The notes below the pieces were generated by a model that made no database searches, was not told the origin of the DNA, and saw only the letters and a program-made list of their open reading frames with translations. Shown here in pieces: positions 10,664 through 22,811 of a stretch of DNA of 64,000 bases. The stretch is from Chlorokybus atmophyticus (lineage: Eukaryota; Plantae; Mesostigma and Chlorokybus algae): contig RHPI01002048.1 of assembly GCA_009103225.1 (NCBI GenBank), positions 695,036-759,035 on the forward strand. Reading direction: 5' to 3'. The translations under genes were made by a program, and so were the position numbers. Position 1 is the stretch's first letter; each line of letters starts with the position of its first letter.

Positions 10664-11029
10664 CGCAGTTGGTAGTCCGTTTAGCTGGTAGTGTACATAG
10701 CTACAAGGCTCTTGTGACTGAGTGTTGTGCATCTTAAACCAGCTCAGTCAATCGTCATTATGCTCATGCACATCAATACTTGCATCCCTATGATATACAA
10801 CAGATCTGCATTCGAGTCACATAATCGAACTACGGGCCTTGGCAAGTGACTGAGAGACACTGTACACATTTCAGGTACATGTACACAGCACAGGCACATA
10901 ACAATGCTGGAAGTCAGTGACAGTCGCGTGTAGTCAAGCTATGCAAATACATATGACTTTAGTTAGGCATTAGTCACCTTCAGTTGTTAAAGAATGCCTT
11001 ATTTTGTCGATAATTACCTAGTTAGTGCT

Positions 11030-11345
11030 TGTGAATTAGGCTTAGTCACCTGCGCTGGACTGGTGTGTAACCTGCAGGTGCTTGTCACATAGGCTGAGTC
11101 ACCTATGTAAGACTGATGTATAACTTACAGGTGCCCGTTGTTTAGTTGTAGTCACCTAATAAGGCCTGATGTGTAACTAACAGTTGCCTGTAAATTACAC
11201 AAAGTCATTTGTTAAGGCCTGGTGTGTGACTAACAGGTGCCTGTTAATCAAACAAAGTCACCTGTTAAGGCCTGATAGGTAACCAACAGGCGCCTGTTAG
11301 TTAGGCATAGTCAACTGTTAAAGACTAAATTGTAACAAAAAGGGC
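11030..11345. repeat. 53-bp tandem repeat, about 6 diverged copies
   Basis: AGTCA(C/T/A) anchor recurs at 11044, 11097, 11150, 11203, 11256 and 11309 (exact 53-bp period). Approximate consensus AGTCACCTGTTAAGGCCTGATGTGTAACTAACAGGTGCCTGTT...; partial copy at ~10960-10980. Confidence 0.9.
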
Positions 11346-13029
11346 CTGATAGTAACGAAAGTTACTATTAGGTCCCTGTATCAAGATTACAGGTGGCCTG
11401 AGCCACGACAGTCTAAATTAGTGTCCTCAGGTGCACGGCCGTTGCCAATATTTAGTCGGCCGGCGGGGAAAACATATTGCGACGATCTGACAAGTTATAA
11501 CTTGATTTAATGTACGTTGCCTCAATGATTGTTGATATTAGCAAATATGTAATGAAGTATGACCACTCGTGTGCATATTTACAGTCTGTATACATTGTTC
11601 AGCATGTCTGGTGCAAGATGGTCACAGATGCTTAACTATATATTGTTGACATTTTTTGAACGAATTTTTCATGGATATATACATAATCTACAGCAGAGCT
11701 GCGCGAAGCACACTCCGAGAATAAGGGTGCGCAAAGACATGGCACACAAGCATATATACATGCACACAAGCAAATAAATCACTATTTGATAGGCGGGGGC
11801 TAATGTATAGCAAATAAAGACAGACTCTTAATTAGACAAGACTCAACAATTAGTCTAGACCCTCAAGCAGCAGCGGGATAGTGGGATGTAGGCAAGGGCA
11901 AGGCAAGCAGAGAATAGCAACCCTCGAAGCGTAGGTCATATATATATATATAAAGAGTATATCGACTTTAGACTTACAGATTGATGCTCATAACAATTAA
12001 CATGTAACAAAGAAGTATGAAGTTGTTGATAGGAGCAATAATACTCAAGACAGTTTAACAAATGCAGTTGCAGCGATATAAAGCGTCCATTAATTATGCA
12101 TCACGCAACATTTTGATTAGCTGCTTATCGACTTTCCTTTTGTATATAAGGTGCAATGCTTAATGCAGCCTACCTACCTAGCGGCAAGCAACAAACACTT
12201 ATGTGAAAGGCTTATTACACCAGGGTATAGCCGTAGCTTAGCTTAGCCTATCCTACCCTCGCCTAGCTGCACGTAGGGAGAACCGCACAGCGTGGCAGGC
12301 CAGCGAAGCTTGCAGCATGTGAAGTGTTGTGGAAGGATGATGGCGTGATGTGCTTTGCAAGTGTGTCCCGGCCCCTCACGCCCTCAACTATCCCCCGGTG
12401 CTGCCACTTAAACAAACTATTACAACAATGCCAACGTTGACAGCGACGCAATTCACGTCAGTCAGAGTTAAAATTAGCAAAGTTGGGAGTTGTAAGCCAA
12501 ATTATAGTGAGTAAGTTGTGAGTTGGTAGTTCCGGCCAAGTGCCACAATGCACATTGTCTCATGCAATTGCATATTGTAGTTTACTGCAACAATATGAAG
12601 CTGTAACACAGCAAACTGCAACACAACAACACAGTCGGCAAGATGAGATGACAGCAGCACACCCATAACTCATCGTTGACTCTCAACATGTGGGCACAAT
12701 GTGCTCCCCGCGTTCACGTTGCGCAAACTCACTCGTACTCACCTCAACGATGCATTTGTCCCATACCAATTTCGTCACACATTGCACCTGCGTAACACCG
12801 TGACGTGCCATACCTAAGCGACTTCTCTCTAGCCGGGTGGTGATATTTGAACATTCTTCGACATTTCCACATGAGTAGTCAGTCAACATACTAGCATTTG
12901 ACATGACTAACACCAGCAATGGTGTGGCTGGTGTAAATCATCTGCACCCGTCTGCACATCAGCAAAAACAGATACACACCCGAGCACTCATACCACAACC
13001 TGTTCTGTGGACAACGTTTGCAGCTTCAC

Positions 13030-14200
13030 CAACAGCTGGCGTTGCTAATACCTGGCTGCAAACACGTCATCAGGCATACGCACCATCTCAGCCACAAAGT
13101 GTGCTATATTACTAGTGATCTTTATGAACCGGTGAGCCTGAGAAACTACGATGTTGAGCTTTACTGAGACTGCCACCTCCGACTCTAGGTGGCGCTCTGT
13201 GGATGCCATCCCCCCGGGGTACATTGGTTGGCGCAGTTTGTTGTAAATCTGTATGCACAACTCAATGTCTTGTGTTTAAAACACAATGGGATCCAAGTAG
13301 GTAGATACTATAACCCCAGCTGCCGTCTCCCACAAGGAAAGTGAGTCGCCTGGGTACCAACCCCTCGCCAAAGCATCATTGGACATGTGAACGCCTGAAA
13401 GCCCATCACATCCACAACCACCACGTCATCAACATAGCGCAAAATACTGCGAGGAAAGGCTTGAAGCGCCTCTGCCATTTGAGTTCGTAGCCTAGCAGAT
13501 GGATGTTTGCCAAATAAGTATCCGCACTATTGCCCATTGGGATGCCAATGGACTGCCTGTGTACACGGTTAGTAGCTGTTTGCACAGACAAGTTGTCACA
13601 CACGAATTGCAACCAAGCATGCATCAGCTGCGGGGTGAAAACCCTTGTTTGTGGAACATGTGCCCGCTGGCCTTGCATCCACGTTGCAGCAATGGTCCTG
13701 GTGGTGATGTTGATGTGCAAGTAGCTGCGGCGGTTGTTATCACGCTTGTAATGAAACACCTCATCCACCACAGACCTCATGTTGTCCAACAAAGCAACAT
13801 GTGGTATGGTAGTGTACATCGTCGCAAAATCAAACGTCGTGCATTTGCTCAACATTGTCGGCTTTTTACTGGTAGCCGCAGGTTGGCGTGAGGTAGCAGC
13901 GCACTTAGCTGAGCACCCCCATCAAGTCTGCTACGTGGGTTGATGCCTATGTCCTGTGGTGCTACACGCTTCAACAAGTTTAGCATTTAGACAGTTGCGT
14001 GTTCTATTAGCACTGAGCATGTCATACCAAAATTGCCCAGCATCCGTGCGGCCCTCCACCATTGCCCGTCCATGCGGCCCTCCTTTACATGTCAATATTA
14101 ATGAAATGAAGATGTACATCCCCAAAAGTAGCTTAGTACACAAAGAAGGGGGAGTCCACATCCTGCTGTTGCTGCTGGTGCAACAAGGCCGCTAATCAAG
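13030..14200 (-). mobile_element. Penelope-like retroelement reverse transcriptase relic
   Basis: TFDFATMYTTIPH, QSIGIPMG...LANIHLLGYE, frameshifted LRYVDD, thumb-like IYNKLR...VVSQAHRFIKITSN, and N-terminal CTKLL...GQFW. Multiple stops and frameshifts. Confidence 0.8.
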
Positions 14201-15070
14201 GCGCATGTGCAGGTGACTACAATTGTCATGTATGCATGTCTAACAGGGGGGCAGTAGAGGTAGGGTGAGAAGTAGTGAGTAGGTAGCATGTCGCCGTTTG
14301 CCTTGGTGGGCGATTTGGTGATTGTTTGTGGTGTTAGTAACATTGCATGTGCACATAGGTTTGCATGTATGAATTTCCTCTTGCATCTTTTGTAAACTTG
14401 TGTGTATAGGATATATGACGTGCTATTAGGCACACACATGCAATGCATCACAACCACTCAAGCATTACATGCACACTAGTATACATTTCGCTGTTGTCAC
14501 CACCGGACTAATCTACTGCACTAAACTACCAGCTACTAGCCTTCCCCGTTAGACATGCATGTACATGCACACACATGTGATTGCTGTATGCGCGGTGGAC
14601 TTGTGTTTGGTTGCATGCCAAGAAGTGTTCTACGTACAGTTGTACGTTGTTGATAAGCCACCAACATTTCATGCCTATCATATTCCAACTAGAAATGAAG
14701 GTTTTAAGAGGCTATGTTAGCACACCACCACCACAACGAGCCACAGAGCCTTGCATGTTGCTCAGTGTGCTTGTTTGCATATCAGCAACCTCTTCAATTG
14801 CTCATGCGGCACATCAAACTGAGCATTTGCACTTTGCTTGGGACACCGTTGTTTCCCATGTTTGAGTTGGACACGGTAATACTCACTTTGCAACCGCCAA
14901 CAGACATGTTGCGCAGTGTGTCAAGCAATGCGTCCTGCCCGAGTGCACCTACCAGCTTGCAACTGTATGAAGCTGTTGGGCCGGACAATTGGCACAGACC
15001 GGCTTGATCATCATCAAGCAGCCCTTGGATTAGCAACCAGCAGCGGAGCAGGGTCTTAACCCAACACCTC

Positions 15071-17468
15071 TTAGCTGAGTTTTCCCAGCTCCATCTTTTT
15101 CTTGATGGCTTGATGGCCATGGTACACAAATGAGTCGATAATCCCAGACACAGTAAACACACCTGGCAGCACCAAACAGTCAGACTGCAGTGAGCAAAAC
15201 CAGTAGGCGCACTTGATGTGGGAAGCAGCAAGCAGTACTCACCTCCAACAATGGCGCAAACATTGGTTAAAAAATGCAAAAATGAGCTGCGGTGCTCTGT
15301 GTATGTGACCTGCGCATAGCAAGGGGAGTGATATGCTATGATGCAAAATGCAACGAGTGAAGTGCAAGGACCACACATGAGTACAAAGCACAGAATCACC
15401 TACCTTGATTGGCGATAGGTCATAGAAAAAGAACACTCCCGGCAAACTTCTTCCCCCGGCCTCAGTTGGGCGGAAATGCTCAGTGACAGAAAACTGCAAC
15501 GAAAAGAGTCATGTCGCAGGTGTGTACTAATTGCAGCGCTGCAAAAGAAGGTTGCTCTGACTGTAGTCATCAACGATACCTGATTTGTGTTTATCAAATT
15601 GTTGTTGATGTCTGTGTAGATTGTCGGCACAACCTGCAAAACGCTCAATGGTCTGACATGCTATTTGTGATGCAATTTGGTGATGCATGGCATTGCCAGA
15701 CTCTACCTTGATGAAATACTGGTGCATTCCGCCAACGGCCATCTGGCTATGAACAACCCTGCACGTGCACAGACCACCAGTAAACACCTGCGTCTGTGTG
15801 GGACTGAACAAATAAAGTCAGCAAGTAGCTTACCCATCAAGGGGGTTGCGCACACCGGGGAAATCAGCACCAAAACTCAACTTGTTGATGACGTGACTGA
15901 CCTGCACGCAAGGATGATCTCAGCGCAACAGGCATAACGATTGTACAACCAACCATGACACGACCAAAATGCCAGCACTAGAGCTTACATTGAACTCCAT
16001 GCCCTGGAAGGGCATCAAGTCATGGACGTGCATGTTTGCTTGCGAAAAACTTTTGCCAGGAGCGAAGTGGAAATTGCCAGCGACCTTGTTGACCTGCCAA
16101 ATTACAACTCCTCGTATCTCCAAACATCTTTGCAAAGAACTGGTTGCTAAAGCAGTTAGACAAGATGTAGTATACCTCAAGGTATCCATAAACGTTGCAG
16201 CCTTCACCAGCTTGGGCCCTGATGTGAGTAATGAAGCCTTCACGAATGCACTGATGTTCATAACAAAAGTCAGGAAGCTGAGCGGTTACGATAAACCAAC
16301 AATGGCAAGCACCAGGTCAGTCACCTGCTCAATCCCCTCCCCTGTGTTGAAGGCCCAGCCCTTTTTCCGGTACGCTTCCCTTACTTCATCACAAGTGTTG
16401 CAGCACTGATTGGGTTTCTGATAAATCCGACAACTGTTATAACATTTCCTTGCAATATGTCCGCATTCCAAATTGCATGAAAGTTCGAATTGATTCATGT
16501 TGCTCACCTCTTCTGAGCCATAACAACTCCCACAGTGCGTGTCGTTGTGCGCAACATCCTTACCATCTTTTGTCTTCGCACTAGGCACCTGACAACATCA
16601 CTGCCAGTGAGCCAGAAAAAATAGGCCTCTAGGTTGCATGCGAAGGGGCCACAGTCCAACTGTAATGCTACATGCATATTCACAGCATTACCACAGCCTC
16701 GCCAACAATGTGCTTCGTCCCCTCATCAATGGGGGTGCCGTCTGCGCTCAACCGGCGCTTGTAAACATTGTGCACCTAGAATTGAATGACCACGAGACAA
16801 CTCTCAGCGCGCTGTGTAATAAAATACATTTGAATTGTGCAGCCAGCAAGTGTGCACACAACTTGCATACACCTTACAGCAAAGCACAAATAGAGCAAGC
16901 AGCACAATAATCAGTTTTGGCAGCAACATACTCACCACATCAAGATGCTGATCGCCGCTGATGTCCATCGCGTCTAAGCTAAGTATTGAGCAACCCATGT
17001 GCGGAAATGTGACATCCAACTGACAACCGAAGGAAAGTCTGTGTGTCAGTCACATAAGTTGCAAGTGCTTGTGTAGTACTACCAAATACACCCCAGCATG
17101 TGAACTGACTCACATTGATCTGCAAGGTTTCGCCGCGTGAAGTATCAACAAACAGTTCATTCTCTGTGTTGATGTTCAAGTACAGCCCTGCATTGCATGT
17201 AAAACTATCAGGTCAGTGCATTTAGAGCTATCTTTTACAGTGCTATGCACCAGAGCTGCTGTCGGCCTCTTGTATGCGCATGCGCAAGTAGCGAAGCAAG
17301 CATGCACCATCTAAGGTTTGCATGCGTACCTAGCTCTGAAAAGAATAGAAGAGTCATGACAATAGTGGAAACAATGGTAATGAGCCCGCCGGCGAGGGTG
17401 CGCTTGTAGAAGTCCTCGTTAACCTTGGGATAAACATCAAAGGCTCGCAACCTGCTGATGGGCTCCAT
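15071..17468 (-). CDS. ERGIC3: ER-Golgi intermediate compartment protein 3 (Erv46-like), multi-exon
   Basis: LRAFDVYPK...KRTLAGG, VDTSRGETLQIN, CGSCYG, CCNTCDEVREAYRKKGW, NKVAGNFHFAPG, QYFIKVVPT, PGVFFFYDLSPI, and last exon VFTVSGIIDSFVY...KMELGKLS*. Confidence 0.95.
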
Positions 17469-18832
17469 GGCAGGACAAGGCCACAGTCGCCAGCAACAAG
17501 CTGGAGCCTCAAACCACTAGAAGAAACTAGTATAGCGACCTACAACTTACAACACCGTCCCCATAAATGTGCGCAACCATGCAGCTCAAAGTTGCAGTGC
17601 ACACTGCTGCTTGCACTGAACAGCAATTGTCTCCGCTGCTTCATCCGTCCAGCTGCCGCAATGCTTTCGCCATCAGCTAATCAAGCACATGGCGTTCAAC
17701 TCCTCCACAATCTAATCCGGCTCACCGTCTCCAACACCTCGTCCTCCGCGTCCGTCGCCGCCGCCGCCGCCGGCTGCTCCGACGCAGTTAACGACCCTTA
17801 CAGATGCCGTCATCGAGACACGTACACCCGCGTGTCTGCGATACCATTCGTAATCAGATAGCCTCACCGTCATCGCATTACGCCTCAGCGCACTTCAACG
17901 GATAATTTTCCGGGCAATGTTTTCCTACCGTTCTTGTGTTTTCGGCGGAAACAATTTTTTAAACGGTTTGTTTTTGGCTTTGCGGGCTTTCTCAGCTTTC
18001 ATGTAGGCGACGACGGCGGCGGCGACGACGGCGGCGGTGGAGGCGACGGCGGCGGAGGCGAGGTGAGGGTGAGAGAGGTTTACGGCGTGTTTTGAGTGAC
18101 ATAGCTGGCCGTGAGTTGGGCGACGGCGGAGGGTGGGCACGGGGCTCCTGCTGAGGTGATTCCCCCCTGCCCTCCAAGGAGCTTGCCGCCGGTGTGGTCA
18201 GGGCTGAACGGTAAGGTCGGCGGAAATCGAGAGAAGCGGTGATTACACAGTGGTATGAAGCACATGGTTGTGACGCGTTGTAGTCATTGCATCGTCGCTG
18301 CCGGCCTTATTGCTTTGTGCATTAGCTTTCAACTTCTGCCTTGGTTGCTTTCCTTACTTAGCATGGTGGAGCCTTGAGGGTTTCTTGCATTCATGAGTGG
18401 GTGTTTGCATTCATTGCTTTGAGTTCTTGTTCGTGTTCAAGTCTTGGCATGCACCATTGTTGCAGATACTTCTGCGGTCAGCCTGTCAAAGCTGTCTGAA
18501 TGCGCATGTTACTCTCAGTCATATCCCATGTGTAGCGTGTTACCCTAAGCGCACAACGCCAATCTTCTAGTGACATGACTGCGTATCAAGTTTGTGGCAA
18601 GTACTAACACCCACACACGCATCTGTGTGGTATTGCAGGAACAGCAAGATCAATGCAGCACTGAGTAAGGTGGGTATGTTTTGGCTACACTCACCAACAC
18701 CCAAAGGTATTATAGCCATGTGCATCAGTCTTTCTGCTGTGTTTAGCATGTATCATCTTGCAGGTACACAGAACTGCAGTTGTGCAATGTGAGTCAGTAA
18801 CTCATGCTGAACAATGCAGGGTGAGGCGGTAA

Positions 18833-21800
18833 GTGATCAAGACCATGCCGGCTGCCAAAGCAGCAAAGGCATACGTGGACAACATTGTGACAGCCAGCAA
18901 GCGAAGGCTGACTGTCTTGGACACGTGGCTTCCCAAAGTTTCCAAATGGCAAGCAGAGTTGCAAGAACTGTCGGACTGGCTAGACAATAAGGCGAAAGAC
19001 TGCAAAACAGCCCTCAAGGTGCGTTGCTTGAGTGTAACCATATGGTTGCTGGATCTCAGAACACTGCCATGATGTTGTAGAAGCAACTGGTGCATGGTAC
19101 CAAGCGGTGCTGAACTTTCAATTGCACGTATGCAGAATGTGCAGGTTGCTGCAGTGCCTCCTCAGGCAGCCAAGGAGGCATGCAAGGGCAGGGAGCACGC
19201 ACCAGAAGACAAAGAGAACATCTCTTCTGCAATGCCAGCTGCCAAAGACAACAAGCCCTCGGAGGTGTGTTGTCCCAAGCAACCTCCCAAAGAGAAGCGC
19301 AAGAGAAAACAGCCCTTGTGCCCGCGTGAGCCAGATGATCAGGATGACAGGGCAAACAACCAAATTCTCAGTGAGTTGCCTGTCCGGCAAACACGCGGCA
19401 AGACACGCCGTGCGCAGAAGGACAACATGGCCAAGACAACGCCACGTCAAGCCCAAGACAATGCCGACATGCAACCTTCTCCTCCACAACGGTTCACTCG
19501 TGCGCAAGCGGCAACCGTTGAAGCTCCTGCCTCAGTCCAGGAGGAGACTGCCCAAGCTAGAGTTTTGTTGGGGACTTCACCATCCACCAAGTCACCTTCC
19601 AGTGCAGCAGTAGCAGCAGTTGAAGTGCATGTTGCTGCATTGCTTGACTCCCGGCAGGCTGGCAGCTCCCCAAACGAGTTTGTGGACGCTGTTGCTGAGA
19701 CGCCAGAGCCCCAAGCTGCTGCCACGGCTGATGTACCAGTTAACCGTCTATCACCCATTGCCATCAACCTGAAACATGCCAGGAACGCAGGTACGTCTCC
19801 TGTGTTGTTGCTGTTGCTGCCCGCTTTGCCTTGAAATGGGAGGTTGACAACTTATGCATGACTCTAGACCATGAAGCAGCTTCCAAGACTCCTGGCTTGA
19901 GGCGGTCACCGCGTCTAGCTGGTGTAGAGCCCACACACGCGCCTGCAATAGGTCCACTACCTGCCAACAGCTCCAAGGACAACCAGACAGATGCTGTTAC
20001 CGAGACACTATGCGAAGCACAACCTAGCAAAGACAGCACGCCTCCAATGTCACTGAGGAGATCGCCCCGCTTGGCGGCAACCACCAACTCTCCCATAGCT
20101 CCCATTTCGTATGCGGATGCTGATCAGCAGCCAACCAACACCCCGCCAGCACCACCAAGGATGGCATCTCCAGTACAAGAGGCTACAGCAGTCACACCCA
20201 TGATGACTGCTGCCCTCGCAGCACCAACACCAGTGACAGAACCGCGGCGATCACCGCGCTTACTTGACAGCACTCCAGCTGCCACGACACAGTCAGGAAT
20301 TGAGGATTCACCAGGCTCTGCAATGGTTGTAGCAGAGACGCCTGCAACAGCAGTGAAGCCTTCACCCGAGGCTGCTGAGCAATCACCGCCTTCTTTGCCC
20401 AGACGCTCTCCTCGGCTAGCATCCACCCAGAAGACACCGGAAGTGGATCAGGACGCACCTTCACAGGTACGCATGCAGGAGGCATGGTGATGAGTGTCCT
20501 ACTTGTACACGAAACACTACCAATGCATCCCGTGCAGGTTGCTGATGTTGAGATGGCGGCGGATGACAGCGATGCACGTGCCAAGGCACCAGCACCATCA
20601 GGTCCTGAGCCTCAGTCTGCAAAGGCTGCCGAACCAGTCAAGCTTTCGCAGCAAAAGAGCAACCTCGTGTCCATGGTGAAGTCGTTCTTGCCATTCGTCA
20701 ACCGCGCGCCAGCTGCAGAGCCTCTGGCTAACAATAAAAAGAACATCAAGGTACATGCTCATACAGCGCAAGTGCTGCAGCAGAACATGCATAGCCTGCC
20801 TGAATGTGGGAAGGAGTGTTTTGGCTTGAGTGGTCAACGATGCTTGCCAACAACAATGTTGGCGTTTAACAGGTGAAGGCATTAGAGGTGGCAAAGGCAG
20901 CGAGGCTTGAAGAACAGCAGCGGTTAGAGGAGCGCCAGGCGCGGAAAGCCCTTCTGGAGAGGCAAAGGCTGCTAGAGCGGCAGCAGCAGGAGCGTGAAGA
21001 GCAGCAGCGATTGGAGCAGCGGAAGATAGCCTTAGCGGAGAAGCAGAAGTTAGAGAAGCAGCAGCTGCTGCAGCAGCACCCGAAGCCCCAGCTCAAGACC
21101 CCTGCGAAGAAGAAGCAGATGACGAGTAGACCTGCAGAAGGGCAGGTCAGGAAGGGAGATGCAGCTGTGAACAATACCTGCAAACTGCCGGCTCTTGTAG
21201 TTTCTAAGCAGGTTCCTGGAAGCAGCCCCGGAGCAACCAGACCGAACAGCAAGCTGCCAGCGGGGTTGGCCCAGCCGAGCATTGCAGCAGAACAGCCGCG
21301 CACAGAGCCTTCCAGACCTGCGCTTGGTGCACTTCCAGTCAATACAGCCTCCAAACCCAAGACACCTTTGCGGCCTCAGGGTAATGCAGGGTGGCCCACT
21401 TGTGGCGGTACTCTCAGTGTCATTGTGTGTGCAAGCCAGTATTGCTTATATGGTGCTCTTTGCAGCTGCACCTGCCTCATCTCCGCGCGAGCCTGAGTAC
21501 GTCATATCTCCGTACAAGAGCGGCTCCGACTCTGATGACGATCACCACGAAACCAAGCCAGTCCCATCTTGGGCTCGCAGCACAGCACTATGGCCTGCAC
21601 TCTGCCAGCAAGTAAGTGTTGCCATTTGAGTGATGGTCACGAGTTGGCGCTGTCAGGCGATAATGCAGCATGCTCACAAGCGTGAACTACTTAGGCCAGA
21701 TTGGACCCGGACAGCATCTTCGTATCCAGCAAGACCTGCAGCCTTGAGGAGATATTCCAGTACAGCGGTTCCAAAAGGAAACGAGACTTCAACCGCAGGT

Positions 21801-21880
21801 CGGACTCGGGCAACTGGCTAGAGGATCGGCTTACGTGGCGGGAAGAGCTCGCGTACAAGAAGGACATGGGCTTTGCTTAG
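18833..21880 (+). CDS. INCENP: INCENP (chromosomal passenger complex scaffold); true start probably further upstream
   Basis: Long low-complexity middle, E/R/K/Q-rich SAH-like helix (20873-21100), and C-terminal IN-box YVISPYKSGSDSDD...PVPSWAR...LDPDSIF...CSLEEIF...RRSDSGNWLEDRLT. Confidence 0.85.
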
Positions 21881-22811
21881 TGAGGTGCGCGTTGTTTCCT
21901 TGCAAACTGGTCAAATGCACAATCCTTGTACACGTAGTCTTACTTCTTCTTGTGGCGCACAGGTTTACACCTGCGGCCGGTCCTGTCATGCCTGCACAAG
22001 GGTACACAGTCATAGCTGCATGCGTGATACGAGTCATCGTTGATTGGGGAGTATGAGTATGTTTCGCTTAGCTCAGCGCTAGTGCTAATTGTTTCTATAT
22101 ATCATTGACAGTAATACACTTCAAGTCTACCATGTTGGTACACAGAAATCCAATTGTTCCAAATCATGCTGTTGTCCACGTGTGTTGTACGACCGTAGCA
22201 ACAATGCGGAGAGTTTTTCGTGGTGCTGGAGTGTAGTGGCGCGACCCATAAGCAATGCGTAGAGTCCTGTGAGAGGGTGCACTGCATTTAGTGCAAGCAT
22301 GTAGTACAACATTTGTCCTCAAGCCAGCAATTAGTACATCCTTGTCCTAAAGGATCAACATTGGAACATGCACAGCAGATTCATAGTGGCTAGTACTCAT
22401 GCTGTTACTGTTACAGTCAATCCACAAGCTATCAACAGCTTGCTGTACTGAACAATAACACAGCCTGCTTTCGTCATGGATGCATGGATGACCGAGACGC
22501 GTGCACCAAACACGACCGAGAGCGCCGAACAAGAGGCAAACCTGGGAAAAGTCACACAATAAGGCCTCTACTTACAGAGATTTTACTTGCATACAACTAT
22601 ACTAGTTACACTAAACTAAAACTAACCACTGCATGCGAGAGGCACCTGTCACTCCTCTTGAAACACAAGTTAGTACTTAGCACCAAATCCACCCTATGCA
22701 CCTACCACATTGCTCTAGACAGCGGTTCAGTCCTTGCTATATATCTAACAACACCACACCTATACACAAATGATCGCAACACACACATACAAATACAACA
22801 ACATGCACAGC

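Larger units (their letters stand above)
1..11423. mobile_element. Putative large Plavaka/CACTA-like DNA transposon with chromatin-modifier cargo (left end outside window)
   Basis: Contiguous block of non-housekeeping, similarly decayed genes next to a Plavaka transposase. A 53-bp tandem array and TAGTG (reverse complement of CACTA) at 11419-11423 mark a candidate right end. Boundaries and cargo membership are inferred. Confidence 0.55.

Noticed and set aside
11030-11345. Regular array as possible CRISPR or ribozyme repeats
   Set aside because: Whole 53-bp units are homologous with no unique spacers, the host is eukaryotic, and there is no CTGATGA...GAAA hammerhead core.
17925-18177. Small minus ORFs (poly-Ala/Val then KAEKARKAK, or poly-Arg) between ERGIC3 and INCENP
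   Set aside because: Derived from a GCC/GAC triplet repeat, with no convincing ATG or homology; likely promoter or UTR sequence.
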